Shown here piece by piece: positions 49,339 to 57,912 of a stretch of DNA of 64,000 nucleotides (within the stretch, counting starts at the first letter, position 1; every line of letters begins with the position of its first letter). Below the pieces are notes generated by a model. It worked only from the letters and a program-made list of their open reading frames with translations. It was not told where the DNA came from and did no database searches. Origin of the DNA: Bdellovibrionota bacterium (GTDB lineage: Bacteria > Bdellovibrionota_C > UBA2361 > JBGSMV01). The stretch lies in NCBI GenBank assembly GCA_041739995.1, contig JBGSMV010000029.1, forward strand, positions 80,371-144,370. The letters are read 5' to 3'. The translations under genes were made by a program, and so were the position numbers.

Positions 49339-49674
49339 ATGGCGCTCAAGTTTCGGCTCAAAGGCTTAGCAGAAACCTTTATCGACGAGATCCACTGTCC
49401 CTGCTGTGGGAGCTCGGGCAAAGACGATCAGTATTTTTCGACCGAGCTTACAAAGGTAACCTTTGAGGGCATTGTGGTTGTGGTGCAATGTCGTAGCTGC
49501 GCAGAGATTTTTGTGCCCACGCAACAGCGACTTGGGATTCTTGACCCCGTGGCACTCAGACACGCTGTTGAGAAAGATATTCGAGAGACTGGAGAACCGG
49601 CACTACCGACTGTCGTAGCCGTACGCCTCAGCGCAGAGCGCATGAACGCAGAGCGAAAAAATCCCCTACATTAG
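49339..49674 (+). CDS. Hypothetical zinc-ribbon protein
   Basis: CPCC...CRSC pairs; co-oriented behind the STAS and REC-kinase genes. Confidence 0.7.
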   Translation: MALKFRLKGLAETFIDEIHCPCCGSSGKDDQYFSTELTKVTFEGIVVVVQCRSCAEIFVPTQQRLGILDPVALRHAVEKDIRETGEPALPTVVAVRLSAERMNAERKNPLH

Positions 49675-49721
49675 AAATGGAACTTGATTGAATGGAACTT
49701 GATTGAAGGGCGGTCTTGCCC

Positions 49722-49964
49722 CTAAGCGAGGACTTGCGCCAATGAGATGCCGTGCTTCTTAAGCGTGGCTTTGAGTCCAAGCTTATCAATCGTGCGAATC
49801 AACCGAGTAGATACTTTAATGCGCACGAAGCGTTGCTCGTCTGAGAGGTAGATACGCTTGGTCTGTACGTTTGGGAGAAAGGTGTGCTTGGTCTTGTTAT
49901 TGGCATGACTGACACGCTGACCGAACTGGCCTCTGACTCCTGAGATGCTGCACTTACGGGCCAT
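49722..49964 (-). CDS. rpmB: 50S ribosomal protein L28
   Basis: MARKCSISG...VSHANNKTK..FLPNVQ; RBS AAGGAG. Confidence 0.96.
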   Translation of the reverse strand: MARKCSISGVRGQFGQRVSHANNKTKHTFLPNVQTKRIYLSDEQRFVRIKVSTRLIRTIDKLGLKATLKKHGISLAQVLA

Positions 49965-50123
49965 AAAACACTCCTTTACTTCAGTCGTCTCCATGTCGCG
50001 CAAAATTGGCGACGGAGCAACTTATGCTTCGTATTCAGTAGGTTGCAAAGAGTGCCCAAAGATTAGACAAAATGCAACTTTTTGGAGCCGCAAGGAGCCC
50101 GGAGAATAGGACTGGCCAATTCC

Positions 50124-50154
50124 CCTCCGTGTCCCCCGCGACCTCCGTGCTAAA
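50124..50154. repeat. REP-like half element (CACAGAGG family)
   Basis: CCTCCGTGTCCCCCGCGACCTCCGTGCTAAAA resembles the right arms at 7091 and 15788. Confidence 0.5.
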
Positions 50155-50309
50155 ACTTGCTGCGCTGACTCTCATCTCTTGGATATCCGGAGTTGTTCAC
50201 CAGAATCGCAAGCGTTAGGCGCTTTAACTGGTTGAATTCACTGCAGATGGAATGGCCGGGGAGGCACTCTGAAAATGCGGTGGCGCAGGACAGAGCCAAA
50301 GGGCGAAGA

Positions 50310-51443
50310 TTAGAAGAGCTCCACCGAGCGAATTCGTACCGTGGCTCCTGGGCCGACCCGGTCACGCTCGACATAGGCGCGTAAAAAATACACCGAAGTC
50401 TGGTAATCCACTTTGGCAATGACCTGGAAAACCCGTTGGGCTTCACCAACCGTGAGGTAGTTGAAGAAGTCATTCTGGGAGCCAATCAGTGGCGTCAGGT
50501 CCTGGATAATCTGCTTTACGGGGCCGGTATTGGGGTTTTCTCGAAACTCTATAATAGATTCAATATCACTGCTGGTGACGTTCGAATCGATCGCCTCAAG
50601 CAATTCCTGTGGTGCGAGGTTTACGTTGATCTTGGCGTCATCGCGATTGGTGGTCAGGAACGGCAGCATTTTCTGTACACGAAGCGGAGTGAACCCCGGA
50701 ATCGCACTAAGTTCCTCCAGGCGAAAGATTTTTCGATTGGGAAACTCGTCTCCGTTTTGCAGCTGGGACTCCACTCCTTGAAAGGGACCGTCGTCGTAGG
50801 AAGTGGTGTCTGCATCCATGTAGTCAATGAGGTTCGCCACCATCTGCGCCGCATCAAACTCCTTTTGTGAGACGCGTCCGGTTTGGTCAAGCTCACCGTC
50901 GTTATCAAAATCAAGCACGGGATTTTGGAATAATCGAAGCAGAATTTCTGCATCACGTTTGGCTAGTGAGGAGACCGGATCGAGTTGTTGCAGGCGAAGT
51001 TTTGAGTCCTCGGGCCTAATTTCAAGCGACATGCTGAGGTTTGGCTCTGTGATACCTAAGAACTCAAGAGGCACAGAAATTCCGTCTTTGAAGTAGGCCC
51101 AGGCGTCCTCTGGAAAAGCTCTATCCTCTGCGGTGGCATCGGCCTTCAATAGAATTTGAGCCAAACTCAGAGCTGATTTCAGTAGATACTCCGCTTGCAG
51201 GCTGCGCTGGGCGCCTGCATTTAAGCGTCCGCCAATGTAAGAAGAGTAGGCAAGCTCAACCACCATGATGGTAGCGAGTGCGACGATGAACATGACGAGG
51301 ATAAGGGCAACTCCGCGCTCGGGAGAACGTGGATGGCTTGCCGTCCCCGAAATGGCAGGCCTCGCACGCATGGCCCGTAAAGTAGAGGCATCACTGGAAC
51401 AAGAGGTGCTAGGGCTTGTGAATTTGGTAGGGGCGGGGGACAT
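50310..51443 (-). CDS. gspK: Type II secretion minor pseudopilin GspK
   Basis: RGVALILVMFIVAL prepilin-like start, LIDYMDAD, EELSAIPG, KINVNLAP; start may be downstream. Confidence 0.9.
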   Translation of the reverse strand: MSPAPTKFTSPSTSCSSDASTLRAMRARPAISGTASHPRSPERGVALILVMFIVALATIMVVELAYSSYIGGRLNAGAQRSLQAEYLLKSALSLAQILLKADATAEDRAFPEDAWAYFKDGISVPLEFLGITEPNLSMSLEIRPEDSKLRLQQLDPVSSLAKRDAEILLRLFQNPVLDFDNDGELDQTGRVSQKEFDAAQMVANLIDYMDADTTSYDDGPFQGVESQLQNGDEFPNRKIFRLEELSAIPGFTPLRVQKMLPFLTTNRDDAKINVNLAPQELLEAIDSNVTSSDIESIIEFRENPNTGPVKQIIQDLTPLIGSQNDFFNYLTVGEAQRVFQVIAKVDYQTSVYFLRAYVERDRVGPGATVRIRSVELF

Positions 51444-51600
51444 AATTGGAATTCTATCTCCTTTGAGCCCAGAGCACAGTAGGCCTTGGGGGATAACTCA
51501 CCTGAGCCGGAGGTGGACCTGAGGCGCATATATGCAGTCCCGAGATCTCCTGTGAAAAGGGGATAATCGGGCGCGCAACCATTGAGGCATGGTTTTGAGG

Positions 51601-52575
51601 CTAGGGAGCGCTGGCCCCCAGGTTCTTAAGAAAACCACCCAAAGAGAACGCTGGCTTAGGCTTGAGGGCACTCGCAAACCTAGCGCTGCGTTTCGCTACC
51701 GCTTCCTCAGAGACGGACTGCCGAGGCAGCTTAAGGGAGGCTTTGCGATCCATCGGAGCAGGGTGAGTATCCATCCATCCGCCACGCTTCGAAGAATTCA
51801 CCTTAGCTAATTGGTCAAGCATTGCGGTAAGTCCTTTTACCGAATACCCGGTCTTTGCCATCAACTGAGCGGCAAACGCATCGGCTTCGTACTCTTGGGT
51901 ACGACTGTAACCCGTTTTCATCAAGGTGTCGGCAACCTGATTCACCGAATCGCCAAAGTAATCGGTCACGGTGTTCAGCTCCTGGGGGCCGTAGGAAGTG
52001 GCCGCCTCCTTGCCGATCAGAAGCAATGCCTCGTCCATGCGGGCGTTTGAAATTGCCTTCACTCCATGGCCAAGCACGATATGTCCAATCTCGTGCGCCA
52101 AGACTCCAGCGAGCGCTTCTTCGTTCGAAATAATCTCAAGGAAGCCTTGGGAGACAAAAACAAATCCTCCCGGGCCAGAGAGTGCGTTTATTTGTTCGGT
52201 CTCGAGGATGCCGAAATGATAGCCCCCAAATATTTCAGGGCGACTTGAGTGTGCAGCTAGAGCTGCGCCGACCTGGCTCACATATTTGGTGAGTCCCGGG
52301 TTTTTCTGAGATAGGGGATACGACTGAAGAACCATCGCAGAAACACCGCGGCCAAGATAATATTCCTGCTCGTCATTTAGTGACTTGTTGGCCTGTTGCA
52401 GCTTTCCGCCTGCTTCAAGCAAGGTGTCGACTTGGCTGCTACTCACCACACCGGTGGCATCAACTAGGCCACGACCTATGTCGGGGAGGTCCAAGCTCGG
52501 CCATCCAAGCAAGCATGCAAGCACTGCCACAACCCCGAAGGTATACCACCGCTCTCGTTTCACACTTAACCGCAT
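51601..52575 (-). CDS. M48-family metallopeptidase
   Basis: INALSGPGG, LAGVLAHEIGH, YSRTQEYEAD, THP. Confidence 0.92.
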   Translation of the reverse strand: MRLSVKRERWYTFGVVAVLACLLGWPSLDLPDIGRGLVDATGVVSSSQVDTLLEAGGKLQQANKSLNDEQEYYLGRGVSAMVLQSYPLSQKNPGLTKYVSQVGAALAAHSSRPEIFGGYHFGILETEQINALSGPGGFVFVSQGFLEIISNEEALAGVLAHEIGHIVLGHGVKAISNARMDEALLLIGKEAATSYGPQELNTVTDYFGDSVNQVADTLMKTGYSRTQEYEADAFAAQLMAKTGYSVKGLTAMLDQLAKVNSSKRGGWMDTHPAPMDRKASLKLPRQSVSEEAVAKRSARFASALKPKPAFSLGGFLKNLGASAP

Positions 52576-52591
52576 CGCACGCCCTCCAAGC

Positions 52592-53119
52592 TCAATGATC
52601 AACGAGATCTCCTTCGCGGATAAATACTACCTCTTCTGCCGGATCAATCTTTGCCTTCTCAAGTTCATCGACTGCAGCGAAGTCGAGCCCTTTCGAGGAG
52701 CCATAGTTATTCTCTACTTGCTTGTTAAATCCTTTGCCCGCCAAAACGATATCGTTCGAAGCGCTTTGGACGGAATTTCTTTTGGCTGAAGGATTGATTA
52801 CGATCTTTCTGCTGGTAACTGCTGAAACATGAACAAAGCCCTGTGTCTCTCCAACCTTCGCCTGAAGCCAGGACTTGTTTGATGGCGCGGCGCTGAGAGC
52901 CGTCAGTGCGGTTCCATAGGGAAGCTCCTGCACCGTTGGTGCCCAGAATTGTGGTTGTGCTCGAAGCTTGGATTCCCGCACTTGAACGTAAAGTGTCTTT
53001 TCCTTGGGAGCGGCGTCAGCCACAGCGGGAATAGAAAGGAAGAAGGGCAGTGCAAAAGCAAGGGCACTGCGCATCGATACCTTAAACGTTGATATCTGAG
53101 TCACTGATTCCTGAGTCAT
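52592..53119 (-). CDS. Secreted SH3-domain protein
   Basis: Signal peptide; LRAQPQFW...LPYG...WLQA.VG...GFVH; LAGKGFN..VE motif; ATG at 53119 with RBS. Confidence 0.8.
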   Translation of the reverse strand: MTQESVTQISTFKVSMRSALAFALPFFLSIPAVADAAPKEKTLYVQVRESKLRAQPQFWAPTVQELPYGTALTALSAAPSNKSWLQAKVGETQGFVHVSAVTSRKIVINPSAKRNSVQSASNDIVLAGKGFNKQVENNYGSSKGLDFAAVDELEKAKIDPAEEVVFIREGDLVDH

Positions 53120-53489
53120 TCCTACCTCAATCAGAACGTTACTTCGAAAAGGAGAAAAGGCTACCATGTGAGGAGTACAGGGGTATTCCCTATATTTCAA
53201 CTCATTTTGAACCTTGGGCGCCTTGAGATCTAGGGCGCAATTGGGAGGCCCAATTAGATCAAAGATCTGTGGGGCTACTGGGACTGCAAAGCATGGTCGG
53301 TGTGACACTCAAGAGACCTCTGAGGTCTTTCTCTACCTGGCTCGCCGGACAAGTTGCGGCGACACTTCCCTGCTGTATCAATTATAGAAAATGCGATTCG
53401 GAAAGTGCTGAAGAACGCGAAAGAGCGAGAGATATGCGGCATGCCATGCCTCTCGCTACTTTTTCGCGACGCGGGTTTCAGTCCTGGTG

Positions 53490-53819
53490 CTAGCAAAAAT
53501 GCTTCGGCTCGTCTTGCTTGCTCTCGTCAGAGTTTAGCGAAAGCGAAGACAAGATCGCGCGCGCATCGTCTCTGATAAGTGCTGACAGGCCGTTAATGAT
53601 GCTCACGTGGCGAGAGACCTCGTCCCAGTTGCCGCGCTCAATGTGTTCGCAGAGTGCTTTCGCAAAGGAGCGCTGTTTGGTCAATATGGAGTCGTACGAA
53701 CCCAAGCGTTCAAACACCTCGTCTGGTACGTTCTCCTTTTGCTCAAGAGTCTTTTTAGCTCCGGCAATAGCGGTTTCAAGCTCAGAGAAGGAAGAAAAAA
53801 GTCGATCAATAATATCCAT
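53490..53819 (-). CDS. Hypothetical helical protein
   Basis: ~109-aa amphipathic helical ORF, RBS-like AGGTG. Confidence 0.7.
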   Translation of the reverse strand: MDIIDRLFSSFSELETAIAGAKKTLEQKENVPDEVFERLGSYDSILTKQRSFAKALCEHIERGNWDEVSRHVSIINGLSALIRDDARAILSSLSLNSDESKQDEPKHFC

Positions 53820-53905
53820 AGACACCTGCACCCCACCTTAGCGTGTACGCTCGACCTCATGTCAAGCACCAGTTTTGCAACGAGTATCTCGTTACATGTT
53901 GCTAC

Positions 53906-53933
53906 ACCCGAATTGGAAAAAACCAATTCGGGT
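53906..53933. other. Perfect 11-6-11 inverted repeat (terminator or operator)
   Basis: ACCCGAATTGG-AAAAAA-CCAATTCGGGT. Confidence 0.7.
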
Positions 53934-54223
53934 TTACCTCAAGCGATCCCTCGCATATTCCTGAGAGGCCGAAACTTCCGGCGACTTAGACAGAGGAGCG
54001 ACTTCCATGTACACGCACTTCTCGCATCTCACGCTCATGGAACTACCGCTCAATGAGTGAATCGAAAGCGAGATTTGTGCAGCCCTCGTATGATTGTGTC
54101 TGAGCGAAAGTCTTGACCCGATTCCGAGGAATGCACAAGCACCTATCCCCGAAAGCGACGAGAGCCCTCTAGAGAACATTACCGCCACAAGCTAAATCTG
54201 ATCATGACCTTCGTCAGGCTCTA
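53906..54223 (-). ncRNA. Candidate structured sRNA or long 5' leader
   Basis: Sigma54 promoter at 54235-54249, three helices visible by eye, repeated CUUUCG motif, terminal hairpin; no family recognised. Confidence 0.35.
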
Positions 54224-54234
54224 TGCCCTATAAA

Positions 54235-54249
54235 GCAAGTCTCTTGCCA
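54235..54249 (-). promoter_or_regulatory. Sigma54 (-24/-12) promoter
   Basis: Minus strand TGGCAAGAGACTTGC, GG-N10-GC; nearly identical to the flg promoter at 28133. Confidence 0.65.
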
Positions 54250-54524
54250 TCCATAACTGCTTAAAATGACAGGCGCTCTACGATTGAGGCTGTATTGAGA
54301 AGCGACGGTCGTTGAGTGATTTTTGGTCATTCGTAGTTTTCTGTTAAACGGAATAGGGCGAGCCGAAGCGTGTGTTGCTGCGTAGAACAGGGGCACATTA
54401 AGACATCTACGGAGCTGCTTTTTTGAAAGTTGGTTTGTGGTTTCTTCGGGCTAAAAGGAAGGGCGAAAGACGCGGTATCTAACTTCTGCTTGCTGTAAAT
54501 CGTATCGCCTGCCACCTTTGCCCT

Positions 54525-55733
54525 GTGTCGCGCACCCACCTCTTTATCTTTACCGCCCTTAATCTTTTCAATTACCTTGATCGCTATTTGGTGCAGGCGC
54601 TTCTGCCGCTGATCGCGGTGCACTATTCTCTCAATTACGAACAATCAGGACTTCTGGCCTCAGCGTTTGTCTTTGGGTACTTTCTTACCTCTCCGATCTT
54701 TGGAGTCTTAGGTGACCGCTGGAATCGGCCCCGACTCATGGCAGTGGGCATTCTGCTGTGGAGTGCGGCGACCATTGGCGGTGGGCTGGCGCAGATCTAC
54801 AGTGTATTTTTCGCCCTACGTCTCTTTGTGGGGGTGGGAGAGGCGAGTTTTGGGACCATTCTTCCTGGCTATATCAAAGATCGCCTAAACGATCCTTTGG
54901 CGGTCAATCGCTCCTTTGCAATTCTATACGCAGCAATCCCCGTAGGATCAGCGCTCGCCTATGTGTTGGGTGGAACGATCGCCGCCCGTTTTGACTGGCA
55001 GTACGCCTTCTTTATCGGAGGAGCGCCCGGCATTCTGTTGGCGGTGTGGGTGTGGTTTCAGCCTGAGCTGAGGGCTGCGCTTACAAACCAGACCTCAGAC
55101 CCAGCCCCGTCCTCTGGTTGGGCGGTGGTGTCAGATCTCAAGGCGCTTGCGCGCGTCAGAGTACTTTGGTTCGCCATTGCGGGCTACGCACTGAACTCCT
55201 TCGCGTTAAATGCCATCGCAACCTTCGTGGCTCACTACGGCGTCCAAATCGGATTCACGCATGAATCGATTACTCAGTACTTTGGTATAATTCTAGTCCT
55301 GACAGGATTTGTCGGCACGTTGCTGGGAGGACGTCTTTCTGATCGGCTTGCCATAAGGTCGGCGCAGCCACTAAGAGTGATGCTTAATTTTGTTGGTATG
55401 ACTGCACTGCTTGCCGTTCCGTTTTGTGGAGCGGCCTTTCTGGTAGAAAACGGTGTGGTCTTCTTGGCTCTATGTGGAGTGGCGCAGCTACTTATTTTCT
55501 CCGGTGTTGCTCCTATCAATGCGGTGCTTGTTTTGGCCGCACCAGCGCGCTTAGTAACGCTTACCCAAGGGGTTTCGATATTTGCTCTGAACGCTTTTGG
55601 TGCTTTGCTGGCTCCGTGGCTTGTCGGAGTGGTTGCTGACTCGATCTCTTTGGCCACGGCCCTGCAGCTTTCAACGCTGAGCCTTTTGTTGTGTGGATTG
55701 GTTTGGATGAGCGGGGCAAAGACTGTAGCCTAG
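54525..55733 (+). CDS. MFS transporter, Spinster-like
   Basis: NLFNYLDRY, GVLGDRWNRPRL, RLFVGVGEASF; about 12 TM segments. Confidence 0.92.
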   Translation: MSRTHLFIFTALNLFNYLDRYLVQALLPLIAVHYSLNYEQSGLLASAFVFGYFLTSPIFGVLGDRWNRPRLMAVGILLWSAATIGGGLAQIYSVFFALRLFVGVGEASFGTILPGYIKDRLNDPLAVNRSFAILYAAIPVGSALAYVLGGTIAARFDWQYAFFIGGAPGILLAVWVWFQPELRAALTNQTSDPAPSSGWAVVSDLKALARVRVLWFAIAGYALNSFALNAIATFVAHYGVQIGFTHESITQYFGIILVLTGFVGTLLGGRLSDRLAIRSAQPLRVMLNFVGMTALLAVPFCGAAFLVENGVVFLALCGVAQLLIFSGVAPINAVLVLAAPARLVTLTQGVSIFALNAFGALLAPWLVGVVADSISLATALQLSTLSLLLCGLVWMSGAKTVA

Positions 55734-56002
55734 CGTCGTTAAGAAGCCTGTCCAAAATGGGCCCCGCACCGATCCTGCTGCTTGAGCATTTCCACGCGAA
55801 GGAGCGCCGAAATATGGGACAAGTGTGATTGATCCTTCAGAGTGAGTGTTCGGCTCTCTGCGGATGCGAACTGTTTGAAACGATTGTCCGAAGGACCTGA
55901 GGGAACTTTGAAGGCGAGGAGTTAGAACTCCAAAGGTTTGATCCCCCGCTATTTTTTGGTTAAGTTGCAAATTGGCTTCACATAACTATTTAATTCATTG
56001 CA

Positions 56003-56341
56003 ATGAAATCTGCACTGCTCTGGGTCTTAGGAATCCTCATCTTCATTGGAATAGTGAAGTATGTAGGGTTTTCCCATGGTAACTCATGTAATGAGACTGC
56101 CACTCGGGTAAAGAGCAAGATCCTTTCAAATTCCTCGTGTTCAGTTGACTCTGACTGCACAATGCTACGACTCGCATGTCCATTCGATTGCGGTGTGCCA
56201 GTGAATTACGCGGCAGCTAAGGAAATACTAGATTCAGTTAACGACTATAATCGCAGCTGTATGATGGTCTGCCCGGATTGCCCAAAGGAATTCAATTCGC
56301 TCTCCGCGAAATGCATAGCGGGTGTGTGCTCGGTCCCGTGA
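56003..56341 (+). CDS. Small membrane-anchored Cys-rich protein
   Basis: N-terminal TM; CSVDSDC...CPFDC...CMMVCPDC...CIAGVC; AT-richer than flanks. Confidence 0.75.
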   Translation: MKSALLWVLGILIFIGIVKYVGFSHGNSCNETATRVKSKILSNSSCSVDSDCTMLRLACPFDCGVPVNYAAAKEILDSVNDYNRSCMMVCPDCPKEFNSLSAKCIAGVCSVP

Positions 56342-56440
56342 TCGTGCCGCTAGTGAACCCTGAAGAGGTACCGGCAAAGGCGCGTCAGTTTATTCGGGCG
56401 ATCACTGCTCTGGCGCCCTCTGTCCCAATATTGCCACCGT

Positions 56441-56540
56441 GGCCCTGCAGCTTTCAACGATACGCATGCTGCTATGTGGAATGCTCTGGATTGGCGGTGC
56501 AAAGACGGTGGATCAGCCGGGAAAGCCAAACCAGGCCTAG
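56441..56540 (+). pseudogene. Displaced second copy of the MFS gene 3' end
   Basis: Reads ALQLSTIRMLLCGMLWIGGAKTVDQPGKPNQA*; 54 of 70 nt identical, ungapped, to 55658-55727. Confidence 0.85.
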
Positions 56541-56655
56541 CGAGCGATGCAAGGGCCCAAGTTGTTCCTTGAAGATGCTGCCTGAATGGTCATTCTCGCT
56601 AATGCAGCTAAAATAGACCGTGCCCCATATCCAGAGGAGGTCTAAGGAATTCCAC

Positions 56656-57762
56656 ATGCGTATATTTCCGTCTCAGTCCGACACGCCGAAAGAACGTCCT
56701 GCTCGAGGGCTCGATGTGCTTGGCCCTGATGTGGGCTCCGTCGACCGACGCTTGGAACCAAGCGCTGACCTAAACACTTTGAAGCTAGGACAAAACGGAG
56801 CTGACCTGATTGCGCTGCGAGAAACACTCGCGGATCCTCATGCTTCTCGCTATGGCAAGTCAAAAGCAATTACCCTGCTTGCAAAAGATCCGACCGGCCG
56901 CGGACTACTTCTCGACACATTGATGGGAGTGTTTGAAGGCGTGGGCATTCGCGAGCGCGAAAAGGCGGCACGAGCCCTTCATAAAGCTTCTCCAGAGGAG
57001 TTCCTCAGAGCGCTCTCTGAGCTGCCAGCTGATTGCTCCGGGCGAATATTTGGAACACGAGCATTAGTAGGGCACGAAATACGACAAAGTGAGCTGAGAT
57101 ACCTTGTCAATTCAGTGGCGCCTGAGGCGGACGAACTTGCGGTGGCGGCTTTGCAGGCGATTCGGACCGGGAAGGATCGGCAGTCGAGTCCTTTTGTTTT
57201 CTCCACACTGTGCGCCGAGGCCACCATCAGATTGCTTCGATATGCGGAGAAGCGTGGTCTTGCCTACGATAGTGGGGAGGCTCCGACGATCGACGACGCC
57301 CCTCATGAGCGAATCTCCCCCACCAGCGTACCCTATTCAGAGCTTCGCGCGGGTTTAAAGGGCGCAATAGAGGCGCTGTCCGACGGGCAAGATCGAGTGC
57401 TTGCAAGTGCAGTGAGAAATGGGCGCTCTACAGAAAGCTGCGTTCTTCCACTGGAGATTCTTAAAGAGCGAAATAGTCCTGAAATTGAACCGCTCGTTCG
57501 GGAGATGGTGCGAGATGGACATATCCCTGTGCACGTCTCGAACTCGTTGCTGAACCTGCGGATTAAATTGCCGGACCTGGGCGAGGATATTCGAGCACTG
57601 CTCGCACGAAATCCTTGGAGCAGTTTCGAGAAGGCGCTTGGTACACTAGGAGTACCGGTTCCAGCATTTCTACGTCCCGAGAGCCGATCCCCCAACGTCA
57701 GAGCGCTCTCGCGGCTGCTCGCTTTCAGCGTCGCACCCTTCGATTCAGCTGACTTCTTTTAA
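56656..57762 (+). CDS. Hypothetical protein, possibly HEAT-like helical repeats
   Basis: Long ORF, RBS AAGGA; REKAARAL / AVAALQAI patterns. Confidence 0.55.
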   Translation: MRIFPSQSDTPKERPARGLDVLGPDVGSVDRRLEPSADLNTLKLGQNGADLIALRETLADPHASRYGKSKAITLLAKDPTGRGLLLDTLMGVFEGVGIREREKAARALHKASPEEFLRALSELPADCSGRIFGTRALVGHEIRQSELRYLVNSVAPEADELAVAALQAIRTGKDRQSSPFVFSTLCAEATIRLLRYAEKRGLAYDSGEAPTIDDAPHERISPTSVPYSELRAGLKGAIEALSDGQDRVLASAVRNGRSTESCVLPLEILKERNSPEIEPLVREMVRDGHIPVHVSNSLLNLRIKLPDLGEDIRALLARNPWSSFEKALGTLGVPVPAFLRPESRSPNVRALSRLLAFSVAPFDSADFF

Positions 57763-57912
57763 GCCGTTTGGCAGAGGCCACTTTGAGCGAAAGACGCCAG
57801 CCGGCGTGCCCGAAGCGTTGCTTTAAATAAGCAGAACAGCAGGTTAGACAGGCCCATTGAACTCTGAGAAAGACTCTTAAGGAATTTCCCTAGCTGCACC
57901 GATAGCTCACGT

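Noticed and set aside
42736-50046. Recurrent intergenic YAA-N4-YTGAAT-like motif
   Set aside because: Degenerate and consistent with ordinary IHF-type or AT-rich promoter sequence.
53960-53976. CTGAGAGGCCGAAAC on the plus strand (and CTGACGA at the 5' end of the minus-strand candidate RNA) looked like a hammerhead core
   Set aside because: The first lacks the CUGANGA spacing and a real stem II; the second has no GAAA after a stem.
55741-55760. AGAAGCCTGTCCAAAAT resembles an IS5/IS1182-type end
   Set aside because: No matching inverted partner or second copy found.
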